From Candidatus Latescibacterota bacterium (GTDB taxonomy: Bacteria > Latescibacterota > UBA2968 > UBA8231): a stretch of 64,000 nt of DNA. Where the stretch lies: assembly GCA_965248355.1 (NCBI GenBank), contig OZ252098.1:448001-512000 (forward strand), written 5' to 3'. The translations under genes and the position numbers were made by a program. The stretch's first letter is position 1. Each line of letters starts with the position of its first letter. This document shows, piece after piece, positions 20,765 to 31,414 of the stretch. The notes under the pieces were generated by a model, which saw only the letters and a program-made list of their open reading frames with translations, was not told where the DNA came from and searched no databases.

Positions 20765-20977
20765 CGATCCCGCCCCGCGGATCCACCCGGCCCCCGGCGG
20801 CTCCCGCCGGGCCGGTGGCGCATCCGGCCATCCCACGGCCGGCTGCGGCGGCTCTTTCCCTTCCTGACCCCGAGTGACGCCCGGCTGCGGCCGGGAGGCA
20901 CGGCGGTTGCTGTCAAGGATCCTCGACCGCTCGCGCCGGGGAGCCGCCCCGGCGTCCACCCACACCGGGAGGGAGCC

Positions 20978-21169
20978 GTGAATCGGGGATTCGACCAAGC
21001 GACGATCGAGCGCGTGGCCCGCATGTACAAGAGCAACCAGGAAGCCTGTGCCGCCCTCGGCATCACCCTGCGCAGCTTCGGCCGCCTGTGCCGCAAGTAC
21101 GGCGTGGACACCCCCTGGGTGAAGAAGCGGCGGGAGCGCGTCGCCGTGCAGGCGGCCGCCCCGTCCTGA
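20978..21169 (+). CDS. Stand-alone Fis/NtrC-type helix-turn-helix protein (63 aa)
   Basis: GTG start after GGAGGGAG. IERVARMYKSNQEACAALGITLRSFGRLCRKYG aligns by eye with the HTH of the NtrC-like gene at 26275-27660. Confidence 0.7.
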   Translation: MNRGFDQATIERVARMYKSNQEACAALGITLRSFGRLCRKYGVDTPWVKKRRERVAVQAAAPS

Positions 21170-21286
21170 GGCAGCGTGTCGGGGAGTGTGCCGGAGGCGT
21201 GACCCAGGTGTCCGGTAGCGGACACAGCTGTACGGAAACAGGTCACCGCCGGACCCACTTCAGGAGGTGACAGGGAGGAAACGGGT

Positions 21287-21302
21287 TGGCACGGCGATTG
21301 CA
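21287..21302 (+). promoter_or_regulatory. Sigma-54 (-24/-12) promoter upstream of a small ORF
   Basis: TGGCACGGCGATTGCA matches TGGCAC-N5-TTGCW. Confidence 0.8.
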
Positions 21303-21350
21303 GTGGAGAGGGCGTCGACTCATTCACCCTTTCCCGACGAGGAGGACGAC

Positions 21351-21440
21351 ATGCAGACCTTTCGAATGGTGAGAGAGATCGCCGTCCCCGTGGCCATCGT
21401 CCTGTGCTGCATCACGCCCTTCCTCATGCCGGCTGGCTGA
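21351..21440 (+). CDS. 29-aa hydrophobic small protein (below the ORF-track cutoff)
   Basis: GAGGAGG RBS 5 nt before the ATG. MQTFRMVREIAVPVAIVLCCITPFLMPAG*. Sigma-54 promoter upstream, hairpin downstream. Confidence 0.6.
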   Translation: MQTFRMVREIAVPVAIVLCCITPFLMPAG

Positions 21441-21473
21441 GACCGGGCGCGACGTCCGCAGGACCCCTCCCGA

Positions 21474-21504
21474 GAGGCCCGCGCCCCCATGGGCTGCGGG
21501 CCTC
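21474..21504 (+). terminator. GC-rich hairpin after the small ORF
   Basis: GAGGCCCGC-GCCC-ccat-GGGC-t-GCGGGCCTC. No clear U tract. Confidence 0.45.
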
Positions 21505-21668
21505 CGGCGTTCTCACCATCCCCCGGCGACCATCGCGCCGTGGCGGCGACCGCCGCCGGAGTGGCGGATCCCGCCGATTCGGCCACCTTCTCAAGAGCTT
21601 TCAGTTGTCTTTCTGAAACCATTGCCTGGCAGCGTCTTACAAGGAAATATCCTTTGTCTCCATCGACG

Positions 21669-21684
21669 TGGCACCAGGATTGCA
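21669..21684 (+). promoter_or_regulatory. Sigma-54 promoter of the pspA operon
   Basis: TGGCACCAGGATTGCA, ending 41 nt before the pspA ATG. pspA is classically sigma-54 dependent. Confidence 0.85.
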
Positions 21685-21725
21685 GAGGCCCGCTCACACC
21701 CATCCGAAGAGAATCGGAGGCAGAG

Positions 21726-22469
21726 ATGGTCAGATCGACGTTTTCCCGGATCTCGGATATCGTCAGGTCCAACGTCCACGACCTGCTCGATCACCTGGAG
21801 GATCCGGAGAGGATGGTGCGCCAGATGGTGCGCGACATGGAGATCGAGGTGGACCGCGTCGTCGGCGCCACCGGCACCGCCGTGGCCGGCCAGCGCCGGC
21901 TGGAGAAGGAGCAGGAGGAGCACCGGGACCGCAGCCGCCGGCTGGAGAGCCGCGCCCGCCAGGCCCTGGAATCCGGCGACGAGGAGCTGGCCCGCCAGGT
22001 GCTGGCCCGCAAGGTGCTCAGCGACGAGGCGGCCGAGGACATGGAGCCGGCCCTCGAGGAGGGACGCCGGACGGCCTCCCAGCTTCGGGGGCAGCTGGTC
22101 ACCCTGCGCCACGAGCTGGAGGAGACCCGCAACCGCCAGGCCGCCCTGATCGCCCGGATCCGGGCCAGCCGGCAGGTGGGCTTCCCGCGCGACGATCTCG
22201 CCGGCGACCCGGCGGCCGATCCCGCCGCCGAGTTGGATCGCCTCGGGCAGCGCCTCGAGCACAACCGCAACGAGTTCGACCGCCTGCGCCGGCGCCTCGA
22301 GCTGGCCCACGTGGCCGGGGAGGCCTCGGCCGAGGCGCGCCGCACCCTGCTCGGAGAGGACGGCATGCTCGGGCGCCGCTTCGAGGAACTCGAGATGCGC
22401 CGGCGCATCGATGAAGAGTTGGCCGCTTTGCGCCAGAAAGACCCGCAGTCCGGGGAGAGCGCCCGATGA
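21726..22469 (+). CDS. pspA: PspA/IM30 family protein
   Basis: FSRISDIVRSNVHDLLDHLEDPERMVRQMVRDME, long coiled coil, C-terminal IDEELAALR. Confidence 0.88.
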   Translation: MVRSTFSRISDIVRSNVHDLLDHLEDPERMVRQMVRDMEIEVDRVVGATGTAVAGQRRLEKEQEEHRDRSRRLESRARQALESGDEELARQVLARKVLSDEAAEDMEPALEEGRRTASQLRGQLVTLRHELEETRNRQAALIARIRASRQVGFPRDDLAGDPAADPAAELDRLGQRLEHNRNEFDRLRRRLELAHVAGEASAEARRTLLGEDGMLGRRFEELEMRRRIDEELAALRQKDPQSGESAR

Positions 22470-22834
22470 CCGGCCCGGACCGTTCCCCCCGGTCGCGCCT
22501 GGCCGCGGCCCTGCTCTGCTTCTTCCTCGGCTGGCTCGGAGCCCACCGTTTCTACGTGGGCAAGATCGGCACCGGCCTGCTGATGGTGCTCACCGTGGGC
22601 GGCTTCGGCATCTGGTCGCTGATCGATCTGATTCTCATTATATGTGGGGCCTTCAGCGACGCCGCCGGCCTGCGCCTGTCGTCGTGGATGCCCGCCGAGG
22701 CCGCCGTCCCACCTCGAGCCGAGGAGCTGCGGGGACGCATGGACCGCATCGACCGGCAGTTGACGGATCTTCAGGGCGTCATGATAGATATGGCGGACAA
22801 GCTGGACCGGCGCCGCTACGGACACCTGGTATAA
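22466..22834 (+). CDS. TM2 domain membrane protein with C-terminal coiled coil
   Basis: SRLAAALLCFFLGWLGAHRFYVGKIGTG...WSLIDLILI. ATGA overlap with pspA. Confidence 0.9.
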   Translation: MTGPDRSPRSRLAAALLCFFLGWLGAHRFYVGKIGTGLLMVLTVGGFGIWSLIDLILIICGAFSDAAGLRLSSWMPAEAAVPPRAEELRGRMDRIDRQLTDLQGVMIDMADKLDRRRYGHLV

Positions 22835-22850
22835 CCGCCCGGAGAGAGCC

Positions 22851-24221
22851 ATGTCTCGACCCTGCCTTCCCCTGCGTCTCGCCGCCCTCCTGGCGGGGTT
22901 GAGCGCCGCGGGCCCGCCCCTCTCCGTGCGGGCGGTGGACCTGCCCGACTACCTGGCCCTGGCCCTGCCCATCTCCGGCATCACCGTCGACGGCGACCTG
23001 TCCGACTGGCCCCGGGAGATGCCGGCCCTGCCGATCCGCAACGAGTTCGGCGCCTACGGCCCCACCGACACCGAGGGGACGGACCTGGACACCAGCGACG
23101 ACCTCAGCCCCTCCTTCCGGGTCGGGTACGATCCCGAGGAGCAGCTGCTCTACGTGGCCGTGGAGGTGCGCGACGATGTCCTCTACGCGAACCTGGCCGG
23201 CGGCAACGTGTCCCGGACCGATGCCTGCGAGATCTACGTCTCCGGGATCGTGTCGTCGGACCACACTCCGATCCAGTACGCCCTCGTGCCGGGGACGAGC
23301 ACCTATCCCACCTTCGACCGGAGAGGGGTCCACCACAACCTCCGGGCCGACAGGAGATCCCGCGGGGCCTGGGAGCGCCGGGACGACGTCGTCACTACCT
23401 ACGAGTGGGGCGTGCAGGTGCGGTCCGGCTTGCCGGCCCATCCGCGGACCGATCCGCGGCGCGGTTTTACGGCGATGAACCCGGCCCCCGGCCGGGCGAT
23501 CCGCCTCGAGGGCGGCGAGATCATCGGTTTCGACGTGGTCGTCGTCGACGGCGACGGGCCGCCCCCGGAGTTCCGTGCTCCGTCCCGCCTGACCCGCCTG
23601 CTGAGCGAGGCAACCGCCTCCTGGGTGCCCTGGGGCCCCCCGCGGTCCGTCAAGATGTATGATGACGACCGGGTGGGGCGTCTCGTGCTGGCGCCGGAGA
23701 ACTGGTCGGCGGGGTTCGACGCCGAGGCCATGGAGGAGTACCTGGAGACCTGGCTGAGAGATCATCCGGATGTCTGGATCGCGGTGATCGAGAGAGCCGT
23801 GTCCGGGCAGCCCCGACCGCATTCTCACCCTCTGGCGCGGAGGCTGGACCAGGCGGCCGGAGCCATCGGCAGGGCCGAGGCGCGGGTGCTGGAAATCGAG
23901 CCGCCGGGTCCGGCCGGGGGGGACTACACGACACCGTGGCAAGGGAGTCCTCATCCCGACCTGGTTCGTCGGGGGGACGACAACGACCGGCTCATGCTGA
24001 TCGGGGGCTGCCTGCTGGGGCTGGCCGTCGGCCTGGCCGCGGTCTACGTGGCCCGCCGCCGGCCCGGGGCGGACTCGGCAGTCCTCGGGGATCGCCTCTC
24101 GGCCCTGGAGTCGCGCATGACGGACACCCAGGACGTGATGATCGCCCTTAGCGAGAAGCTGGACCGCATGGACGCCCGGGACCGCAAGGGGGCCGAGGCC
24201 CCCTGGGAGAACGACTCGTGA
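22851..24221 (+). CDS. Membrane-anchored CBM9/DOMON-like sugar-binding protein with cytoplasmic coiled-coil tail
   Basis: Signal peptide, ITVDGDLSDWP, LYVAVEVRDD, IGFDVVVVDGD, a late TM helix (LMLIGGCLLGLAVGLAAVYV), then RMTDTQDVMIALSEKLDR. Confidence 0.7.
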   Translation: MSRPCLPLRLAALLAGLSAAGPPLSVRAVDLPDYLALALPISGITVDGDLSDWPREMPALPIRNEFGAYGPTDTEGTDLDTSDDLSPSFRVGYDPEEQLLYVAVEVRDDVLYANLAGGNVSRTDACEIYVSGIVSSDHTPIQYALVPGTSTYPTFDRRGVHHNLRADRRSRGAWERRDDVVTTYEWGVQVRSGLPAHPRTDPRRGFTAMNPAPGRAIRLEGGEIIGFDVVVVDGDGPPPEFRAPSRLTRLLSEATASWVPWGPPRSVKMYDDDRVGRLVLAPENWSAGFDAEAMEEYLETWLRDHPDVWIAVIERAVSGQPRPHSHPLARRLDQAAGAIGRAEARVLEIEPPGPAGGDYTTPWQGSPHPDLVRRGDDNDRLMLIGGCLLGLAVGLAAVYVARRRPGADSAVLGDRLSALESRMTDTQDVMIALSEKLDRMDARDRKGAEAPWENDS

Positions 24222-24916
24222 GCGCGGTCCAGGGGGCCCCTGCGCTCGAAGGCTTGGTTCCCGAGGCTGGATCCGGCCGCGCGCGCGTCTCGGATTCTCC
24301 TGCCCCGCGCAGGAGCGCGGGCCCCTTGCTCGCGGTGACCCGCCTGCCCGGGTTCGTCCTGCGCCTCGGCCTGGGCCTGGCGGCCACCCTCGTGGTCAGC
24401 GTGCGCGCGCAGCTGGCCATCCTGGAGCGCTACCCCGAGGCCGACTGGATGGCGCTGGCCGGCGGGCTGCTGGCCGGCGGGCTGGTGCTGTTCGTCGCCG
24501 TGGCCGTGGCCTTCGGCCTGCGCTCGCCGCGGCGGGCCCTGCTGCTGCTGACGGCTCTTCCAGCCCTGCTGCTGACCGCCGGGTGCCTGTCGGTGACCCA
24601 CTTCCCCGAGGCCGGGTTCCGGACCGGGGAGCTGCGCGGCGAGTGGGAGCGTCTGCACCCGACCCTGCGCCTGTCCCTGTGGATCGCCCGCCTGGGAGGC
24701 GACCTGGTGCTCACCGACGTGGCCGCCCGCCCGGCGCAGGACGGCTCCACGCCATGGAGGGGGTACGTCCGCTCCGTGGACCTGCGCGCCCGGGACGCCG
24801 GCGACCTGCGCGACTGGGCGCGTCAGGGTCTGTTCCTGGCCCTCGGCCTGAAGGCCGCGCCCCACGCCGGCGCCGCCGGCCACCTCCACGTCTCCCTGCC
24901 GCCCCGTCCCCGGTAG
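24218..24916 (+). CDS. Hypothetical membrane protein (about 3 TM helices, C-terminal VDLR...HLHVSL)
   Basis: GTGA overlap with the previous gene, three hydrophobic segments, C-terminal GHLHVSLP. Confidence 0.6.
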   Translation: MSAVQGAPALEGLVPEAGSGRARVSDSPAPRRSAGPLLAVTRLPGFVLRLGLGLAATLVVSVRAQLAILERYPEADWMALAGGLLAGGLVLFVAVAVAFGLRSPRRALLLLTALPALLLTAGCLSVTHFPEAGFRTGELRGEWERLHPTLRLSLWIARLGGDLVLTDVAARPAQDGSTPWRGYVRSVDLRARDAGDLRDWARQGLFLALGLKAAPHAGAAGHLHVSLPPRPR

Positions 24917-24927
24917 CCCGCCGGGCT

Positions 24928-26274
24928 TCAGAACCTCAGCGAGAACACGGTCCGCACCTCGGGTTCGGACCTGGCCGAGATCGTGCCCCGGTGGAGGCGC
25001 ATGATCTGCCGGCACAGGCTCAGGCCGATCCCCGAGCCGTCCTGCTTGGTGGTGAAGAAGGGAATGAAGAGCTTGTCCAGGGCCTCCTCGACGATGCCGG
25101 GGCCGTTGTCGGCGACCTCGATGACGACCCGGTCGCGGTCCATGGAGGCGGTCAGGTCGACGCGCGCCCCGGGGCGGCCCCCGGCGGCGTCGCAGGCGTT
25201 GCGCAGCAGGTTGATGAGCACCTGCTCCACCTGCCCGGGGTCGGCGGTCAGCTCGAGGGAGGGCGGGTCGACGGCGTGGGCGAGCGCCACCCCGGCCTGT
25301 TGGAACTGGTGCTCCATGAGCTGGGTCACCCGCTCGAAGAGGCCGCTCACCGGGGAGATCTGGAAGTCGGGGGCCGGGACCCGCGTCAGGTCGCGGTAGG
25401 CGTCGACGAAGTGCAGCAGGCCTTGCGACCGGCGGTGGATGGTGTGCACGGCGGTGCGCACGTCGGCCACGTCCTCGCCGGCGAGGGCCTCCCGCTGCAG
25501 CAGGCCTTCGGCGGTCGCGGACAGGGAGGCGATGGGCGTGATGGAGTTCATGATCTCGTGGGTCAGCACCCGGATCAGCCGTGCCAGGCCGCCATCTCCT
25601 GCTCCTCCAGCTCGCTGTGGATGTCGTGGAGGGAGACGAGGCGGTACTCCTGGTCGCCCAGGCGGAAGAGGGTGGCATGGCAGGCGAGCTGGCGGGTCTC
25701 GTCCCCATCCTCGAGGGGCACCAGGGCTTTCCTGCGCGGGCCCAAAGTCATCAGGGTCCGCACCAGGCCGGGGCCGCGGTGCTCGAGGTCGGAGAGGTGG
25801 CCGAGACGGTTGACGCGGAGCAGCCGTTTGGCCGCGGTGTTGATCAGCGACACCTCTCCGGCGCGATCGAAGGCGACGAGGCCGACGCCGATGTGCTGCA
25901 CCACCATCTCCAGATAGAGGGCCTGCTCCTCCTTCTCGGCGCGGGCGGCGCGGAAGGCGTCGAGGACCTCGTTGAAGGACCTCTTCAGCTCGTCGAAGGA
26001 GGATCCGAGGCCGCCGGTGACGAAGGTCTGGGAGAAGTCGGAGTAGCGGACGGCCTGGAAGAAGCGCGCCAGGTCGCGGTTCGTCCGGTCCACGAAGCGG
26101 ACCAGGGACCACAGCTGCCAGGCCAGGAAGAGTCCCAGGACGAGGGGCATGGCCGGATAGGCCGGGTCGCGCAGCGCATGCGGGAACAGCCACAGGCAGA
26201 GCCCCAGGAGGAGCACGCGGAGCAGGACCTGCACCCGGAAGTTCCCGAGCACGCGCTTCCGGCTCCAGGGACGG

Positions 26275-26285
<11 letters not shown>
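24928..26285 (-). pseudogene. NtrY/NtrB-like sensor histidine kinase with a 1-nt frameshift at ~25583
   Basis: The N-terminal half (2 TM, PAS-like, IHSELEEQEMAAW) and the C-terminal half (RLIRVLTHEIMNSITPI, QVLINLLRNA, DNGPG, FFTTK, GSGIGL) are in different frames. The junction reads tgg ca cgg ctg atc. Confidence 0.82.
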
Positions 26286-27660
<1,375 letters not shown>

Positions 27661-27778
27661 GGGAGCCTCCGGGTGTACGCCATCGGACACCGTCTGTATC
27701 GCCGGCGTGCACCCCCGGTTCTCGGCCGGTCTTGGCGAAAGATGCTCATCTTGTTGTGTTCCAGTAGCTTGGGGTAAT

Positions 27779-27794
27779 TGGCATGCATCTTGCG
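27779..27794 (+). promoter_or_regulatory. Sigma-54 promoter of the efflux operon
   Basis: TGGCATGCATCTTGCG in the AT-richer gap, divergent from the NtrC-family activator. Confidence 0.7.
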
Positions 27795-27940
27795 TTTACC
27801 ATCGCGGAGCCTTTGCACAGGAGGGACTTGCAAACATCATGCCCGCAACGATCCGGATTCCCCATGTCTCACCTCTGGTGGACGTGACCCGCCCTGGCGG
27901 CGCCGAGAGCCCCCCGGGCTCCACCGGCAGCGGCGCGGCG

Positions 27941-29203
27941 ATGGACAGGAAGATACGAAGGAGGAGGTGGCCGCCGAGGCGAATCGCCGGGGTGGCCGCG
28001 GCGGCCCTCTTCGCCGCCTTCGCGGCCTGGGGGTTCCTCAAGGACAGCGGCGTTCGCAAGCTCAACGTCGACCGCGACCGGGTGACCATCTCCGAGGTCG
28101 TCCACGGCCCCTTCCAGGAGTACACCCCGGTGCGCGGCACCGTGCTGCCCATCCGCACCGTCTACCTCGACGCCCTGCAGAGCGGCCAGGTGCAGCGCGT
28201 CTTCGTCGAGGAGGGGACCCACGTGGAGGAGGGCGATCCGCTGCTGCGCCTGGCCAATCCCGAACTCGAGCTGCACGTGCTGCAGCAGGAGTCGGAGCTG
28301 CAGCGGAGGATCGAGGAGCTTCGCAGCGGCCGCCTGACCATGGAGCAGAACCTGCTCAGCTCCCGGCAGCGCCTCATGGAGATCGAGTACAAGGCCCAGA
28401 TCGACCGCCGCAACTTCGAGCGCTACGCCTCCCTGTCGCAGGAGGACCTGGCGGCGATCATGCCCCTCCAGGACTACGAGAAGCTGCGCGACAACTACCA
28501 GTTCAACACGCGCAAGCTCGACCTCACCCGGGAGACCCACCGGCAGGACTCGCTGCTGGCCGTGGACCGGGTGGTGCAGGCCCGGTCGGCGGTGGAGCGC
28601 ATGGAGCGCAACCTGGAGATCATCCGGCGCCGCCTCGACGACCTCACGGTGCGCGCCCCGGTCTCGGGGCAGCTGACCGCCCTCGACGCCGAGACCGGCG
28701 AGAGCAAGGGGTCGGGCACGCGCCTCGGCCAGATCGACATCCTCGACGGCTTCAAGGTGAGGGCCGCCATCGACGAGCACTACATCGCCCGCGTCGACCG
28801 CGGCCAGCGCGGCCGGTTCGACCACGACGGCAGGCCCTTGGGGCTCGTGATCCGCAAGGTCTATCCGGAGGTGCAGGAGGGCCGCTTCGAGGTCGACCTG
28901 ATCTTCGAAGACGAGGCCCCGGCCGGCATCCGCCGCGGCCAGACCCTGCACATCCGCCTCGAGCTGGGGGACCTCGACCAGGCCACCCAGGTGGCCCGGG
29001 GCGGGTTCTACCAGGCCACGGGCGGACACTGGGCCTATGTGCTGGAGCCGTCGGGGGACCGGGCCATGAAGCGGGTGATCCGGCTGGGCCGGCAGAACCC
29101 GAAGGTCTACGAGGTGCTGGAGGGGCTCCGCCCGGGGGAGAGGGTGATCACCTCCGGGTACGAGGGCTTCGGCGAGGACATGGACGTGCTCGTGCTCAAG
29201 TGA
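27941..29203 (+). CDS. Efflux transporter periplasmic adaptor subunit (HlyD/MacA-like)
   Basis: MDRKI start, TM helix, G.V.RVFVEEG..VEEGDPLLRL, VRAPVSGQL, EVLEGLRPGERVITS. Confidence 0.88.
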   Translation: MDRKIRRRRWPPRRIAGVAAAALFAAFAAWGFLKDSGVRKLNVDRDRVTISEVVHGPFQEYTPVRGTVLPIRTVYLDALQSGQVQRVFVEEGTHVEEGDPLLRLANPELELHVLQQESELQRRIEELRSGRLTMEQNLLSSRQRLMEIEYKAQIDRRNFERYASLSQEDLAAIMPLQDYEKLRDNYQFNTRKLDLTRETHRQDSLLAVDRVVQARSAVERMERNLEIIRRRLDDLTVRAPVSGQLTALDAETGESKGSGTRLGQIDILDGFKVRAAIDEHYIARVDRGQRGRFDHDGRPLGLVIRKVYPEVQEGRFEVDLIFEDEAPAGIRRGQTLHIRLELGDLDQATQVARGGFYQATGGHWAYVLEPSGDRAMKRVIRLGRQNPKVYEVLEGLRPGERVITSGYEGFGEDMDVLVLK

Positions 29204-29237
29204 GCGATTGACGAACACCAACAAGGGAGGAGACCCG

Positions 29238-29972
29238 ATGACGGAGGAAAAGGGCAACGGCAACGGCAACGGCAGGGAGTCCCTGATCCGGACCCTGGGG
29301 CTGCGCAAGCTCTTCACCACGGAGGAGGTGGAGACGACGGCCCTGGAGAACGTCAACCTCGAGATCCACGAGGGCGAGTTCGTGGCCATCATGGGGCCCT
29401 CGGGATGCGGCAAGTCGACGCTGCTGAACCTGCTCGGCCTGCTCGACAACCCGACGGAGGGGGAGTACTGGCTGTGCGGGGAGGAGGTGGCCGGCTACTC
29501 CGAGCGCCACCGGGCGAACCTGCGCAAGGGGACGATCGGCTTCGTCTTCCAGAGCTTCAACCTCATCGACGAGCTCACGGTCCACGAGAACGTGGAGCTG
29601 CCCCTGCTCTACCTGGGCCTGCCCGCCCCGCAGCGGCGGGAGCGCGTCCGGGAGGCGCTGGATCACATGCAGATCACCCACCGGGAGAAGCACTTCCCGC
29701 AGCAGCTGTCCGGCGGCCAGCAGCAGCGCGTGGCCGTGGCCCGGGCGGTGGTCGCCCAGCCCCGGCTGATCCTGGCCGACGAGCCCACGGGCAACCTGGA
29801 CTCCCGCCACGGCGACGAGGTGATGGCCATGCTGACGGAGCTGAACGAGTCCGATACGACCATCGTCATGGTCACCCACTCGCCGGCGTACGCCGACTAC
29901 GCCCACCGGATCGTCCACCTCTTCGACGGCCGCGTGGTGACGGAGAACATCATCCAGGAACGGGGGATCTGA
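29238..29972 (+). CDS. ABC transporter ATP-binding protein (MacB/LolD-like)
   Basis: GPSGCGKST, LSGGQQQRVAVARA, ILADEPTGNLDS, MVTH. RBS GGGAGGAG. Confidence 0.95.
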   Translation: MTEEKGNGNGNGRESLIRTLGLRKLFTTEEVETTALENVNLEIHEGEFVAIMGPSGCGKSTLLNLLGLLDNPTEGEYWLCGEEVAGYSERHRANLRKGTIGFVFQSFNLIDELTVHENVELPLLYLGLPAPQRRERVREALDHMQITHREKHFPQQLSGGQQQRVAVARAVVAQPRLILADEPTGNLDSRHGDEVMAMLTELNESDTTIVMVTHSPAYADYAHRIVHLFDGRVVTENIIQERGI

Positions 29973-30001
29973 CGCGGCGCCCGGCCGCCGCGACGACGGC
30001 T

Positions 30002-31402
30002 CTAGAGCGAGTTGAGGAAGGCGATCAGCGCCTGGCGGTCGGCGGCGCTCATCCGCCTGACCGCCTCCCTCGACTTCTCCCCTTCGCCGCCGTGGAACAT
30101 GACCGCCTCCATCAGGGTGGCGGCGCGGCCGTCGTGGAGGTAGGCGGGCACGCCGCTCACCGTCGCCGTCAGGCCGATGCCCCACAGGGGCGGAGTCCGC
30201 CACTCCCGACCGTCGGCCTCGTAGTCGGGACGGTGGTCGGCCAGCCCGTCCCCCATGTCGTGCAACAGCAGGTCGGTGTAGGGATGGATGACCTGGTTCG
30301 ACAGGTCGCCGACCTCGTGGGGGCCCGTGCGCAGGGTGGCCACGTGGCAGGAGGCGCAGCCGGCGCCGGCGAACAACTCCTCGCCGCGCAGGGCCAGGGG
30401 GTCGTCGATGCCGCGCCGCGCGGGAACGGCGAGGGTGGCCATGTAGAAGACCACGTCGTCGAGGATCTCCCGGGGCAGCTCGGGGTCGTCGTCGAGGCCA
30501 TCGGCCTGGGGCTGGCCGGCGGTGGACTCGCGCGGGAAGTAGGGGGTGGTGATGCCCATGTCCTCGCTGTAGGCGGCCGCCGCCTGCTGCAGCAGGGTGG
30601 GGTTGTTGGCCTTCCACCCGAAGCGTCCCAGGACGCGGCGCCCCGTGGCGACGTCGAAGACGTGGTTGGGCCGCCCCGAGACACCGTCTCCGTCGGCGTC
30701 GCCCGGGTCGGCCAGGGCCAGGATCTCCGCCTCGTTCACCGCCTCGAGGAGGCCGCGTCCGAACACCGGGGGCGCCATGCGCGCCGAGGTGAGCACCCCC
30801 GCGGGCCACTCCGTGTAGGGGTCGACGATGTCGTACGCCGGATGGCGGAGCGTGTAGGTCCCGCCGTCGGCGAAGCGGCCCTCCTCCTCGAAGTAGCTCA
30901 CCTCCACGCGCGCCTCGGGGACCACCCCGAAGATCGCCCGGTCCCCGATCTGCACGCCGAATCCCGGCACCGGCGCCGGCGCGCCGGGATGCTCCGAGCC
31001 GACACCGGGGAGGCTGACGCGCATCAGGGAGGAACCTAGAAAGGGCGCGGTCGCCCCGAATCCGGAGCGCCCGCGCCCGTCGCGGCCGTGGCAGCCGGCG
31101 CAGGAGGTCTGGTTGAAGACCGGGCCGAGACCGCTGTTGACCTCGGCCGGGGCGCTGACGAAAACGGCCTCGAAGGCGGCGTCCCCCGAGAGGAAGCGCG
31201 CCATCTCCCCGGCATCGAGGCCGGGCACCGGGTTCTCGAAGGCGGTGCTGGCCGCGTCGAAGACGGTGGCCGCTCCACCCGACAGAGCCCGGTCGGCAGC
31301 CGGACCCGGATCGGGCCCGGAGGGGCCGCCGCCGCCGCAGCCGCCGAGGCCAAGGAGGACCCCGGCGTACCAGAGGCGGCTCGGGGCCGCCCGTCGACCC
31401 AG
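30002..31402 (-). CDS. Di-heme oxidoreductase (DHOR-type) lipoprotein, probable CTG start
   Basis: Two CxxCH motifs (CAGCH, CASCH), GRFGWKA, EWRTPPLWGIG, YLHDGRA. The frame stays open upstream of 31228 through the lipobox LLGLGGC to a CTG at 31402 preceded by GGGAGG. Confidence 0.85.
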   Translation of the reverse strand: MGRRAAPSRLWYAGVLLGLGGCGGGGPSGPDPGPAADRALSGGAATVFDAASTAFENPVPGLDAGEMARFLSGDAAFEAVFVSAPAEVNSGLGPVFNQTSCAGCHGRDGRGRSGFGATAPFLGSSLMRVSLPGVGSEHPGAPAPVPGFGVQIGDRAIFGVVPEARVEVSYFEEEGRFADGGTYTLRHPAYDIVDPYTEWPAGVLTSARMAPPVFGRGLLEAVNEAEILALADPGDADGDGVSGRPNHVFDVATGRRVLGRFGWKANNPTLLQQAAAAYSEDMGITTPYFPRESTAGQPQADGLDDDPELPREILDDVVFYMATLAVPARRGIDDPLALRGEELFAGAGCASCHVATLRTGPHEVGDLSNQVIHPYTDLLLHDMGDGLADHRPDYEADGREWRTPPLWGIGLTATVSGVPAYLHDGRAATLMEAVMFHGGEGEKSREAVRRMSAADRQALIAFLNSL

Positions 31403-31414
31403 ATCGGCCTCCCT

